A stretch of DNA of 64,000 bases. Source: Takakia lepidozioides. Its lineage: Eukaryota; Plantae; Bryophyta. The stretch lies in contig CM060734.1 of the NCBI GenBank assembly GCA_030704615.1, positions 23,684,001 through 23,748,000 on the forward strand, in the 5' to 3' direction. Below are positions 25,174-38,265 of the stretch, piece by piece (positions within the stretch are counted from its first letter, which is position 1; each line of letters begins with the position of its first letter). The notes beneath the pieces were generated by a model that had not been told where the DNA came from, did not search any database, and saw only the letters and a list, made by a program, of their open reading frames with translations. The position numbers were made by a program, and so were the translations under genes.

Positions 25174-27740
25174 ATGGCGGAGGAGGAAGACAGAGGAGGT
25201 CATCCCAGGGATGACGATAATGAACCTGGACCTCCCAAAAAAAAACCAAAAAGGGCCAGGCGCGAACTTCGTTGGGACATATACAATGATCCCAACATTC
25301 TTGTGGAACCAGGTTGGGAAGTTTGGAAGTTGGGGCAGCGGTGGTCACTTGGTGACTGCAAGAAATTTGTGGACTGGTGTCACATAAATCGTTTGTGGCC
25401 CAGAGATAGGCATGATCCACAAACCAAACAAAATCAAGCTAGCTTGCATTCCTGCGCCAACCGCATTTCCGCCCACAAGGCAGAGGAGGTACATACAACA
25501 TTGTGGGGTCAACCGCTCGTCAACAACAAGGTCTCGTATTTATTTGCGGCCATGTTGTACACAGAGTTGATTTTATTGCGACCAGTGGATTGGCAAACTG
25601 CCACTACGAGATAGCGTACTAGACTATACATGTTCTCTGATATCCCAGACTTGTATATACGTCAGGGGCAGGACATCATACGATTCGATAGAAATGACGA
25701 GGTGGAAGAAAGAGGAAAGGCGGATGGAAACGACGATGTGGAAGAAGGAGGAAATGCAGACCAACCTCCAGATTATACGCCGCAACAAGTCTCCGCAGCC
25801 GGGCCTTCAACATCTGAGGTGGAGGGGGGCGAGGTATGCTCTCCGTTGGAGGAACAGTTGGCCGCACATGAACAGCACATCAAAGACCTGCAAGACATTG
25901 TTCATTTGCAACGATGGCAAATAGCGAAGTTGCTGGAAAGAATGGGGTTGGGGACTTTCGACAGCGTACGCGGTGTGCTTCAGGACCCGAGGCCAATCAC
26001 CAACGAGCAAGACATATTGGCGCGTTTGAATATGCCACCAATGGACATTGATCGCGTCATCGACGGGGTTGACTCAATCGGGCATGGGAATGAATTGCAA
26101 ACGTCTGAACTGGACCCGGTGAGGGTTGAGGAAGAAAGACTTGCGGCGGATAGGGCAAGAAAAGGGAAGGACCCCATAGTGGAAACTGGGGAATGTTCAG
26201 CCGTGCAAATTACATCGGCCCATTAACAGGAATTAAGCAGCTTGTGGGGGAACGCGAGCAAGCTAGGGTTGTTGCATATCGGTACTCAAATGCCATGCAA
26301 ATCCAATCGTGGCCATGGTTGAAGGGGAATTGGCGGAATTGGGTGACATGGGCGGGCCATCTAGCATCGCGGGAAACACGGATAGAAGAAGCGTTGTCCT
26401 CCCTCCAACGTGTAGCACGTTTGTCGAATCGAAGCGTAGATAGCATCTATGCTAATTTGCAAAGGCACGACACTGTGCGTGATGTATTCACGTTGAAGTA
26501 CACTGGATTCACCACATGGGGTGATGTGCATGCCATGTTTGAGCACTATGTGCATACAATTTCTCATACCAATAACAGCATAAACTGGGATTTGGAAGTA
26601 GAGGAGGAGTGGGATACCAGGCCGAGGATGTCATCCTACATTAATGAGGATAAACGGACGTGGATACCACAGAGCAATCCAGCGTCATGGGTAATAGATG
26701 GTACGGTGTGCACAATGTGCCTAAACCCTTATGGACCGGAGGGAGGCTATATGCTTGGTTCATGTGGCCATTTGTTGCATCCCACATGTCTCATATCGGC
26801 AGCCATGCGAGCCAGCCAATGCCCTGACTGCCGTGGACCAATCCATCGACGTTTCTACGAGTTGTTTGGGTTGCAAGACAATATGCCCACGAGATACGAG
26901 TACAACTGGTACAACATGCCATTGGATGTATCGCCTTACAATTTTTTAAATTGGCAGCACTGGGGGGAGACAATGACATGGGATGCTCCAAGAGAGATGC
27001 ACGCCTTGGATGCGAAGACGTTAACTAGGGTTCAAGATCCGGTGACCTTTTGGGTGATATCCAACTGGGAAATAACCGTGCGTGCTAGAGGCTTATGGGA
27101 CCCAATCCAAATGGAGCTTTTTTGCCGGAACTTGGGAGGGCATTGGAGCTGTACCAGACAAAGATTCTTCCGACTGCCTGAGGATCCGTGGGTGCCAGCG
27201 GAAAACGACCCATACAATCGCGAACCGATTGGGAGAGACCTATTTCTGAGGGAGTTGGAGGCCGCTAGCATCCGTTGGGAGGATATGAATGAGACGTATT
27301 GGGTGCCTCGTCGGGATGATGGGCCATTTCTTCTAGAGTTGCGCAGAGACCCCCAGCAGGAGGAGGTGTTGGACAATTTCAAGGCTGTCATTACAAGTGT
27401 GGAAAAGTATTGGCAGAACACAAGGCGTGACCAAGTTGCCCCTATTCCAGGGGTGTTCTTGCCACTTCCAAATATATCGGATTTAATTGAAAAATTGCAT
27501 GCCGCCGTAGCAAGAGTGACACACCCGGCTCTGGCAAATGTGGAAGAGAGTCAGCACTCGCCTAGAACGCTACGCATGATGGCAAGGGTGGACCACACAA
27601 CACTGGGTCCCTCTTTGACCACTCGAGCCCAGGCTCGAGCTCTCCACACTGGTGGAGGCACGTCCTCTACACCCGGAGCATCTTCATCAACATCTGGAGA
27701 TGACGACAACGAAGTAATAAATCTAGATGAAGATGACTAG
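25174..27740 (+). pseudogene. About 850-aa protein with NLS, coiled coil and RING-H2 finger; one in-frame stop and one frameshift
   Basis: PKKKPKRARR, and CTMC...CGHLLHPTC...CPDC. TATAA-like box near 24806, just after the motif array. Confidence 0.8.
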
Positions 27741-27829
27741 AAATGCTAGAAACGTATGGAGTAGGCCAAAAGTCTCAGGTTGCGAAAACTTAAATGTGCA
27801 ACCCACTGTATAGTCTACGTAATTTTTGG

Positions 27830-30800
27830 AAATACGAGGTTCATCCTTTGAACCATTTTTAAATGACCTCATACTTGTTCGGTACCTGTTTGACGGCATG
27901 TACAATATACTGGCAATGTTTCAAAACAATAAAAAATTGTTGAATGAAGATACCATTGGTTCACCCATTGCAATATTTTAAATCGAACTCATACTTGTCC
28001 GGTACCTTTAAGAGGGCATGTACAATGCAATGGCAAAGTTTGAAAGCATTCAGAAATCGGCACATCAAATAACCATTGGTTCCTCCTGTGAACCATTTTT
28101 TATTGATCTCATACTTCTCCGGTCCATGTAAGAGGCATGTAGAACATACTGGCAAAATTTCAAATCATTCAATTTTTTTTTTATCAATGAACATTTGATT
28201 TATCCTTTTCACCATTAACGATTAATCACAAATAAATGAACAGACACATAAATCATTTGCCTCCAAATGATTTTGGTTCACTTTGAGACTGGGCCAATAT
28301 CTTCAATGTACCATGGAAGAGGCCCCAGAGTAATATGAGATCAATCAAAATTCGTTCGATGGGCCAATGAGGCGTTCAGTTGTCATCTGGTTTTTGTTCA
28401 TTGCGAAAAAGAAATCCTGCAATGCGTGCACGGCTATTGCACCCATTGAACGGATGTGGTTGAAGCCCCTCTTTTGCCCGCATGTGCTTGAACATGTGTG
28501 CAACACATGTGTGGAGACACAACAGACGAATAAATCATTTGCCTCCCCATCGACACCAAGCCATTCCATAAAGTAATTGAATTTAAATTAATTTTAAGAC
28601 AATAAATAGGTTTGCACTGCCTTTCATTGGGGGTTTCTGGCACGTATCGATTTTGTTCTTGGCTCAATTTTGTTCTGCGGCTTCCAGCATCCTACCACTA
28701 CTCCCCCACCAAAATTTGGACCAATCAAAAATGCCCCCAAAAAACAAATGTTCTCTTCGCTCACTATTGCAGAACTCTCTATGAAGAGTGCATGAAGTTG
28801 AACACAAATCAAGTTTGGAGTACAAAATAGGGAAGAAACTGTGGTTTTGGGTCCAAATGAATTATGTTCGTTCCCAAATTTGGCACGCACGTTGCATATG
28901 GCTACATTACACACCCCATTCAAAAACAAAAAAAATAAAAAATTGTGAGCATGCGAAACACAGTCCAACAGGTCCCAAAGCAATATTAGATCCAGTGGAA
29001 TACATTCAACGGGTGAACGGATGGTTGCCCATCCAAATCATTTTTGTTTGCTTCCAAACTTTGCCAGTACGTTTGAGACACCATCTACAGGTCCCGGACT
29101 AATATCAAATCAATCAAAATTCATTCGATGGCTCAACGGATGGCTGGCCATCGAGATGATTTTGGTTTGCTTTGAGACTTGGCCAGTATGTTCAATGTGC
29201 CATGGAAGAGGCCTTAGAGTAATATGAGATCAATCAAAATTCGTTCAATGGGCCGACGGATGGTTGCCCATCCAAATGATTTTCGTTCGTTTTGAGACTT
29301 GGCGAGTGTGTTCAATGTACCCTCTTATAGGTCCCAGTGTAATATGAGATCAATCGTTAACGATTAATCATGAATCATCCAACAGGGAACTATTGGTTCA
29401 CCCTTTGAACCATTTAACATTGACATCATACTTGTCCAGTAACTTTAAGAGGGCATGTACAAGACACTCGCAAAGTTTCAAATGAATCCAAAATCATTTG
29501 GCAGGGGAATGATTGGTTCACCCATAGCCAATTTCAGGGGCTGAAATTGCCATTTATGGGGCTCGAATTGCCAATTTGAGGGGCTGGACTTGCAATTTGA
29601 TGGGCTAAAACTGCCAATCCAGGGGCTTCAATTGCCAATTTCAGGGGCTGCACTAGCAATTGCCATTTCATAAGCTACAGTTGCAATTTGAGGGGCGGAA
29701 ATTGTCATTTCAGGGGCTAGAAGTGCAATTTGAGGGGTTGGAATTGACAATTTCAAGGGCTCAAATTACAATTTGAGAGGCGGCCGGGGTTGGTCATTTT
29801 AGGGACTGGCAGTACCAATTTTAAGGGCTTGAATTGCATTTTGAATTGTAATTCAAGGGTTACAATGGGCCATTGGGGGGCTAGAATTACCAAAGCAATG
29901 ACATCCAAAGCAATATAAAATCATTTGATAGCGGAATGATTGGTTCACCCTTTCAAACCATTTTTTATTCACGTCATACTTGTCCAGTACTTGTAGGAGG
30001 GCATGTGGCTGACACTTGCAAAGCTTCAAAGCAATGTAAAATCATTTGATAGGGGAACAATTGGTTCACCCTTTCAACCATATTTTACTAACCTCATACT
30101 TGTCCGGTACCTTTAAAATGGCATGTGAAAGACACTTGCAAAGCTTTAAAGCACTCCAAAATCATTTGATATGTTCATGATTGATTCACCCTTTTAACCA
30201 TTTTAGATTGATTTGAAACTTGTGAAAGACCTATAAGAGGGCATGTATAAGACACTTGCAAAGTTTCAAATCAATTTAAAATCATTTGGTAGGGGGACGA
30301 TTGGTTCACCCTTTACACCATTTTAGATTGATGTCATACTTCTCAAAGACGTGTAAGAGGGCATGTAGAAGACACTTGCAAAGTTTCGGAGCAATAAAAT
30401 ATCATTTCATCGGGGAAGTTTCCGTTCACCCTTTCATCCAGTTTTGAATTGAACTGCATTTTTACTAAATAAAATGATTTAGAGGGCATAGGATTGTGGG
30501 GCGCAATGAGTGTGGGGCGCAATGATTTTGTTTTTGGCTTGATTTTGTTCTGTGAGTTGAACCCTCATACCACCACATCCTTGCCAAAAAATGTACCAAA
30601 GAAAAATGTTTGGAAAAAAACGTTCATCCTTTGCTCTATGCTCACTATTGCAGAACTCTCTATGAAGAGTGCATGAAGTTGAAGATAACTTCACCTTGGA
30701 GTGCAAATGAGGGAATAAAATGTGTTTTGGATGCAGACGATGTCTGTTCATGGTGACATTATGCATGCAATTCTTCATGTTGTTATCAAGCATATGACTT

Positions 30801-31165
30801 CAGAATGGAATTAAAAACAATTCATGTGCAGGCGAAAGGTTGTTTCTCCTTATGAATTTGAATAACCGATTCAAACAACTTTGTTGAAGTTCAACTTTGG
30901 TCCATATGTGCTTAAGTACGTACAAATCACGTACACAAAGTTGCAAGCGAAGAAATAATCATTTGCCTCCCGAACGACTCGTTAAACCTTTCAACCAATT
31001 TTCAATCATGAATCATTTAATAGGGGAACTATTGGTTTACCCTTAGAACCATTTTAGATTGACCTCATACTTGTCAGGTAACTTAAAGAGGGCATGTACA
31101 ACACACTCCCAAAGTTTCAAATCAATCTAAAATCATTTGGCAGGAGAACGATTGGTTCATCCATT
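27830..31165. repeat. About 120-bp satellite-like tandem repeat, in direct and inverted copies
   Basis: Unit TTGGTTCACCC...CTCATACTTGTCCGGTACCTTTAAGAGGGCATGT...AAATCATTTG, clearest at 29940-30440. Confidence 0.85.
29525..29890. repeat. About 21-22-bp minisatellite CCAATTTCAGGGGCTGAAATTG
   Basis: About 16 degenerate, partly self-complementary units embedded in the 120-bp array. Confidence 0.8.
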
Positions 31166-31332
31166 GACCCGGTGTACACTGTCACTCTTCAAGATTCGTG
31201 GGTGTGGTGCTTGATTATCCCATATGATGGACCCAGGTGCCATGGCCAAGTAACAAACCATTAAAATATTATGGTACGAGACAAACACAATTGAAAACAA
31301 CATTTATTCAAACATGATGTACAGTCAGAGGT

Positions 31333-32715
31333 CTACAAGTTTCTATCCATCCTCCAGCAATTTTTGGGCTCAGGCCAATTGAATAGCCCCGTCATGAAAC
31401 GCTTCACAACATTTTCTAGTTTGTACCGCAACTCTACTGTGTCTACACACAAGTCTTCCAGGGCGGAAGCAAAACAAATTCTAGTAGACATATCGTTGAA
31501 CAGACTTGCATCGAACGTGTTACCTCCATTTATTGCCTGGGCTATCTTTCCAATTGCAAAGGTCTCTGATGGCACGGTTAGAGGGGGCCTACGAGGTGTA
31601 CCATCTGACTGGTTGTTGGCTACATTATGAACAATTGCAATTTCAGGTGCAATCCACCATCTATGTACGAGAGTCTTTATCTTGTCTTTGCTTTCGAAAA
31701 TGTACAACGTGGTTTTTGGGTCATCCGTCGTGGAGGCCATCCCCCAATCGCATACCCCGATGTACACATCTTCAGACCCTTGTGGAAAATGCAACAAGAT
31801 GTTGTTGGGGGACATGTCGTTGTGCAAGAGGTGGTGATTATGGACGTTGAGCATGATGTGCAAAAACGCCCATGCCAATTGGGTGCGATTCTGTCGGAAT
31901 CGAACCAGTCGGTTGACCTCCTACATTTCCTGCTTCGTCCCCCGTCGTTCCATTAATTCCCTGTTATCCCGATCATTCCCCCATTTCCTGTTAATACTCA
32001 ACCATGATCGTATGGTCCCCCCATTCCACCAATGTGTGTAACATTTATTTCGACGTGGATGCAACGCAAAATACTTTATGATGCCGAAATGATGGAACTT
32101 TACAGCCAACGCCTCATTGTTATGTTGGACTTTGGCAAGTTCAGCATTTGTTTCCCTGGGCGTTTTCCCTGCTAGCTCCCAAGATGAAGGAATGAATTGA
32201 TCCCCAACAATTCTAACCCTCCGAATTGTACTATACCCTCCCTGTTTGGGCGAGTCGAGTTGTTGTACTTGTGCGTTTGTGGATATGTATCTCATGTTCA
32301 ATGCCGCATCCGCGGACGAGGACCCTGCCTTCCATGGGAGTGGTTTTGTCCGTCGTTTGGCATGGGCTTTTGCTATGTCAGACCACCAATCCACAAGCAC
32401 AAACAACTCCTCCTCCGAAGTTGGCATGCGACCTTCAGCTACAGGTGTTCTCATAACAAACTTGTCCATGGTTTGCCTCAGATTCCATGTGGCATCATGG
32501 GCCCGGTCCTCCATCCATTTCGTGAACTGGAACTTCGCCCTGTCCTCCTCCCATTCATCCCCGGCCAAAGCCTCCCTCATTCTCATCTCCATATTGTGCT
32601 GGAATCTAAGGAACCCCTCATTCCCATGTCGGACATACAAAAGATTCAAACACATTATGTCATTGTCCTTCAAATAATCCAGCACTACTTGCTTCACCAC
32701 CTTCGCGGCCTCCGG
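31333..32715 (-). pseudogene. Atypical protein-kinase-like gene; intronless, one in-frame stop, 5'-truncated
   Basis: GGYSTIRRV, LAGK, HNDMSPNNILL, CDWG and WIAPE. ORFs 31921-32769 and 31333-31878 are in the same frame. Confidence 0.82.
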
Positions 32716-32719
32716 AAAA

Positions 32720-32794
32720 TAGTTCTGCTCATGTTTTTTTCGACACTTACGACTCTGCTCATGGCTCATGGCTCATGAAATAGCAGCCCCCCCC
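32720..32794. mobile_element. Short transposon-terminus-like segment related to 3357-3394
   Basis: GCTCATGAAATAGCAGCCCC versus GCTCATGGAATAGCAACCCC, both preceded by CTCATG repeats. Confidence 0.55.
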
Positions 32795-32974
32795 AGACCA
32801 AGTTGCACTCCCCCCAAGAAGTCCTCTCCTTCCTGTTGCCGCCCTGCCTAATCTACCCGCAAGCTGTTCTAACCACCTAACTAACTAACTGTCACCCTGA
32901 AGTAACACGTTCCCACACAGTCGTTCCTTGTCAATGATAACCGTTCCTTGTCAATGATAACCGTTCCCTATGTA

Positions 32975-33150
32975 CGCTGTGACGGGCTGTGCCAAGCTGT
33001 GTCGAGCTGTGACTGTGCCGAGCTGCGACTGGCTGTGTAAAACTGTGTCGGGCTGTGTCGGGCTGTGAAGCTGCGTTGGGCTGTGTCAGATTGAGTCGGC
33101 TGTGATAGACTGTGACGGGCTGTGATTGACTGTGTGAGGCTGTGTCGGGT
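32975..33150. repeat. GGCTGTG-rich minisatellite
   Basis: Same motif family as 12115-12650. Confidence 0.75.
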
Positions 33151-36100
33151 TGTCTACCCCCCCTAAAGCCTGCGCCTGTCACCCCTAAGACTTCTGTTGG
33201 TCTCAGTCCACCATCCGTAAGTCTGCGCAGGGTACCCCACAGAACTCGTAAAAGCGTCTAAGTCTCAAACAACCCTCTAACAGCAACCTAAACATCCGGG
33301 TCTGAATCAGCTTCTTAACAAACAATAAAGGCTTATCATCATGGACATTGTCCATTACAAAAGCCGAGCAACCAAGGGCTTGTAACCAAGGATATTATCT
33401 GGCCAAAGAAGAGCCATCCTACAAGATTACATGGCACCAGATATCCTGAAGCAGCCTGCTCGTAAAAAGAGACCAGGCTTACAAGTGTTTACAATAAAGG
33501 ACACTGTCTGGTTTAAAAAAAAAAAAAAAAACCCAGATCTGCCCCACTTTGCTGCTTGGCACCAGACATCTTAAAGCCACCACCTTGTCACACAAATGCT
33601 CCACCGTCACAACAAGATGCCAAAGGGAACAAGAGAGAAGCACCCAAATGACTGAGTGTCCACCATACCAGGTTAAGAACAAGAGCCATCAAGATCAAGG
33701 GAAAGAGGAAGAAAGGTTTATTCTCCCCCAAAGATACAGATGTCATGGCATCGCTTCTTCAACTCGATTCCAATCATCTTCAAGCTTTGAAATTCATGTT
33801 AAGTGATGACCCTCACTTGGTCCCATCGGAAGCAATCAGAAACAGTTAAGTTAGTGAAGATGTGGAACCCTAGGTGAATCGCAGGTTTCACGCTTGTTAT
33901 CGCTGTACATACAACATGCATTACAAAGCAGGGGCAGAAAGGAAACAGAGCATATACAGGCCAATACCTCGATGGCTTGTGGAAGAGAGGCCTGCGCCAT
34001 AGCTCCCAAGACCAGTAAACAAGAATGCACAAAGCATGTACAAAGAAAGTGAATCGTCCAAACTTAAAGAGTTCAGTCACTTCCCTGAGGTCTTAAGATG
34101 CGCCGCTGTATCTTAATGATCAATGAAGGTCACAGCAGGCAAACACAGCATAGGTAGATTGCCCGCCAAACATGAGAGACAACCGCCACAGGGAAATTGC
34201 AGGTACTGCCGCCATTGCGCACCCCAAGATGGAAAGAAGGTACTGAATCTTGCCAGAAAACCTACAGGCCTTAATGGCGCAGCTCCATAGCATTCAAGGG
34301 CGCCAGCATCGAGCTCCATGCGCACACCGCCACCATCTCGCAGCTCCCGCCATGCCTTAAGCACGATCGCCGTGCAGAGGTTTAGGGCAGGGAGGAGATG
34401 AAACGCAATTTCCTGCGATTTCATCCACGCGGGATGAAATCCTCCACGCAGGATGAAATCCATTGCGCGGGATGAAATTCACTGCGATTTAATTATTGTC
34501 TAGTAACATATCACTGGCCTTAAACTGTCAAGTTTTAAAAGAACCAGCCAGATCCAAGGAAGGAGGGAGAGAGAGGGAGAGAGAGGGAACCCACCAACCA
34601 TCCCCTGGTATGGCAGCTCCTTATGGAGTGAGCGTGGTATGCACTCACCCCGTAAGGGAGTGCATACCAGACCCCATCACATAAATGACCTCCCTCTTCT
34701 TTGTAGCTTTTACTTCTGGTTGCAAAGGAACCATAGAAATAAACATGCCTACAATCTCAACTCTCCAAGGTCAAAAAACAAAACAAGCTGTGACAAGCAA
34801 AGGTACATCAACACTTCCATCAGAATGTAGAGTTTTACCTTTTAGCAATACATAAGATCTGGTAATGGAAAGATGAGGCCAATGAAAGGACCTTAACTCC
34901 GAAATTCATGAAGCAACAAACAGGAAAGAAACTTTTATCAACCCTTTAGTGTTGACCTAGCCCATGTTTTTGGGTACCACATGTGTACAAACCCAATGGG
35001 GGCAGGTTTAGGTAATGAATTTTCTGCCATTGGTACGTTCCAAGTTGGCAAGTTGTGACAAACGAAGGTACGTCAACACATACATCAAAATTTAGAGTTT
35101 TACCTTTTAGCTTATATATAAGCTTTGGTGACCGGAAGAAGAGGCCAGTGAAAGAACCCTCAATTCCCAAGGTCATAAAATAACAATCAGGAAAGAATCT
35201 TATATCAGACTTTTAGTGTTTACCCACCCCTTGTTTTGGGTACAACATGTGTACAAAACCAAAGGGGGCAGATATTGGGACTTAGGTAAGGAAGTCTGGC
35301 AGGGGTTTACCCCCTGGTATTCAGACAAAACATCTACTGGTCAGCAACATATCAGAATTGGGTATTTTTTATGGTGCTATAAAGAGCAAAGCCATAACCA
35401 GGAGAAACATAGAAACATTTGAGCCAAAGAAATGGAACTCATTCTTATCATAAGGTATCTAAATCTGACATAAGGCATCGGCTACAGGGGACCGGCAAAC
35501 AAGAGTAATGTGCATTGACCGGATCATGTATAAGGTGTACATGTCTACTCCAGCAAGTTGTCTTACCAAGGCCTAGCTCAAAATTTCAGCATTCAGAAGC
35601 CCTATAGATGTTCTATGCTTATCTCAGGTACCTTCAAGGATGCCTTACTCTCCATGCCCAATTAGCCAACATATTTTTGCTGGAGAAGATCTTACCTTAT
35701 GAAGGACTTGCTTGCTCCACACCATGGTCATGGCGGGAGAGGAGGCTGATATCTCATGGCTTTGGCCTTCCCATTGCATTGGGTTCATCACTTCAATCAG
35801 GAACATATTTGATAAACTTTTGTCATGCTCAGACCAAGGTGTCAGTAAATCAAACATAAAACTGAAAACAGAAGGGAGATTGGTTGATAATGTGTACAAG
35901 AACCACCAAGTACACTGGTCTAAATCAGAGAGGGAAGATACTTATGTCTTGTCGAGACATGGACAAAGACCTGACAAGGTCATTGTAAAATTAACGACAA
36001 ATCAGCCTCATAACAAGGCATTATCAACCTTCTTCATTCACAAGTCAGCTTTACGACAAATCCGAGACTTCAAAGTCAATGAAATCTCTGGGTCGGGGGG

Positions 36101-37050
36101 GGTGGGAACATATAGATATCCATTTACCACTGCACATAGCAAGAAAATCTTGTTTCAAGTTGCTAAACTGTGCCACATATGATTGAAAAGAGGGTCTAGA
36201 AGCCAGATTCCAGTTTTCCTTTGTTTATCATCATCACCACTTCAATGCTACAACCTATTTATATTGGCATCTTACACACCGTGTCTTAACCAGATCCACT
36301 ATACTTTTTTGGCCCATAACCTAGTTCAGGTTTGGGTTCTTTGTATAATGCCATATCAGGGTGATTGATCAGCAAGTGTCAATGTCCAAATAAGGAACCA
36401 TTGACCACTTTTCATAGCAAGAAATATCTGTTCAGCTTAGGAAAGCCATTCATGATCACATAGAACCAGTCTTACCTAAAATAAACATCAAGTCAGTTCC
36501 TGACACCATGCTTCTTGCCCTATGATCTGGTTCAGATCTGGGGCAGGTGTGTAAGCGCATTGGTGGTGCTCCCACATCATGTTATCAGCCCCAAGACCAG
36601 GTTCAAGGTCTGGGGCAATGATATCATTACCATAATAGGTTGTGATCAAATTTACAGGCCATCAACCCATTCATAGTGTCTGAATTGCTCATTCCAACAG
36701 GTCAGTAAGTTGCCATGGTATCATTTATCCTAAGGCAACCTGAACATCCGGGTCTGAATCAGCTTCTTAACAAACAACAAAGCTTACCATCATGGACATT
36801 GTCCATTACAAAAGCCGAGCAACCAAGGGCTTGTAACCAAGGATATTATCTGGCCAAAGAAGAGCCATCCTACAAGATTACATGGCACCAGATATCCTAA
36901 AGCAGCCTGCTCGTAAAAAGAAACCAGGCTTACAAGTGTTTACAATAAAGGACACTGTCTGGTAAAAAAAAAAAAAAAAAACCAGATCTGCCCCACTTTG
37001 CTGCTTGGCATCAGATATCTTAAAGCCACCAGCTTGTCACACAAATGCTC

Positions 37051-38001
37051 TGTAGGGCGAAAGCAGGTAATAGAAAACAATGGCAGGAGCAAAGCAAGAA
37101 GCAGTGAACGATGGCATGGTGCGGGACCTGGAAAGCGAAATTGACTAAAGTATAAAGATGATGCAGCGAGTATTTAGGGTAAAGGGATGGATGCAGGATG
37201 ATCAGAGTTTTTCATTCCAATGGTCAGTGATGGATGAAAATGGAGAACAGATGGAGAAACAAGAGAAATTCATACGATGGAGAAGAGGTCAAGATGTTGA
37301 AATACATTCATCTGTTTGTCAACGGACGGAAGTAAGGGATGAAAAGTGAAATCATGGATGAAAATTTGACAAAGGAATTTAATAGGCAGGTTGACTATTT
37401 GAATCCTAAAAATGGCGAATTAAGTTCTGATCGGCGCACCGTATGGGCAAAGGGATGGTCTGAGACCAAACTAAGATCGAGGAGATGATGATGAAATTAA
37501 TGTAGCCGAAATTTTATGTTTAGGTGGGGGGATAAGGCAAAGGGGGATAATACCCGGCCTTGTCGTGACATTCCACAATGAAGAATCTGATTTAAACTCT
37601 GTTTGTAGTATATTATGAGCCCATGTGGGCAGTCAGTGGTGTTGTGTGGTGAAGGAGAGTGAGCACGTATAAATGAGAGCTCTAGGAAGAAGATAGCACC
37701 AGTTTACATATGACACTTGGAGTGGATTGAGAAGGAAGGAAGGTGTAAGCATGTAGTGTGCCTTGTTGCTTTCATAACCACAAATGGAATGCCAGGATAT
37801 TGAAGTGCAGGAAACGAGACGACATATGAACTCCAAAGGGATGATATTTCCTACTGTGCTTGGGCAAAATCAACACTAGAATACAATAAGTTTCATGCAC
37901 AAATTTTACTGTCTATTCTTGGTTTTCTCTTCCGCTGCAGCCTAGGATAGACAGAGTACTAACGGGTGATCAAGATGATGTTTGGGTAGGTCCCCTCTTT
38001 T
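37051..38001 (+). repeat. 5' LTR of element 2 (no terminal CA)
   Basis: TGTAGGGCG...TCCCCTCTTTT followed directly by the PBS. Confidence 0.95.
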
Positions 38002-38013
38002 TGGTATCAGAGC
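38002..38013 (+). promoter_or_regulatory. Primer-binding site (tRNA-iMet)
   Basis: TGGTATCAGAGC. Confidence 0.93.
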
Positions 38014-38265
38014 AGGTCGTTCACGGACCAAGAAAGCAAACAGGCTGGCTTCTCATCAGCAAATTTCGAGTTCAACGAGATGGAACACAAGATGGTCAAG
38101 CTTGCAAGGGCGATGGTGTTGAAGGACTGCATCTACTATTCACATCAAAATGGAAAAAGGGCTGATGGCGAGCATAACAAATCGAGACAGGGGCTAGAAG
38201 ATTACGAGAATGATGGAAGGAAGGGTTCAATGAAATTGAATCACTGATTTAACAAGAACATCAGG

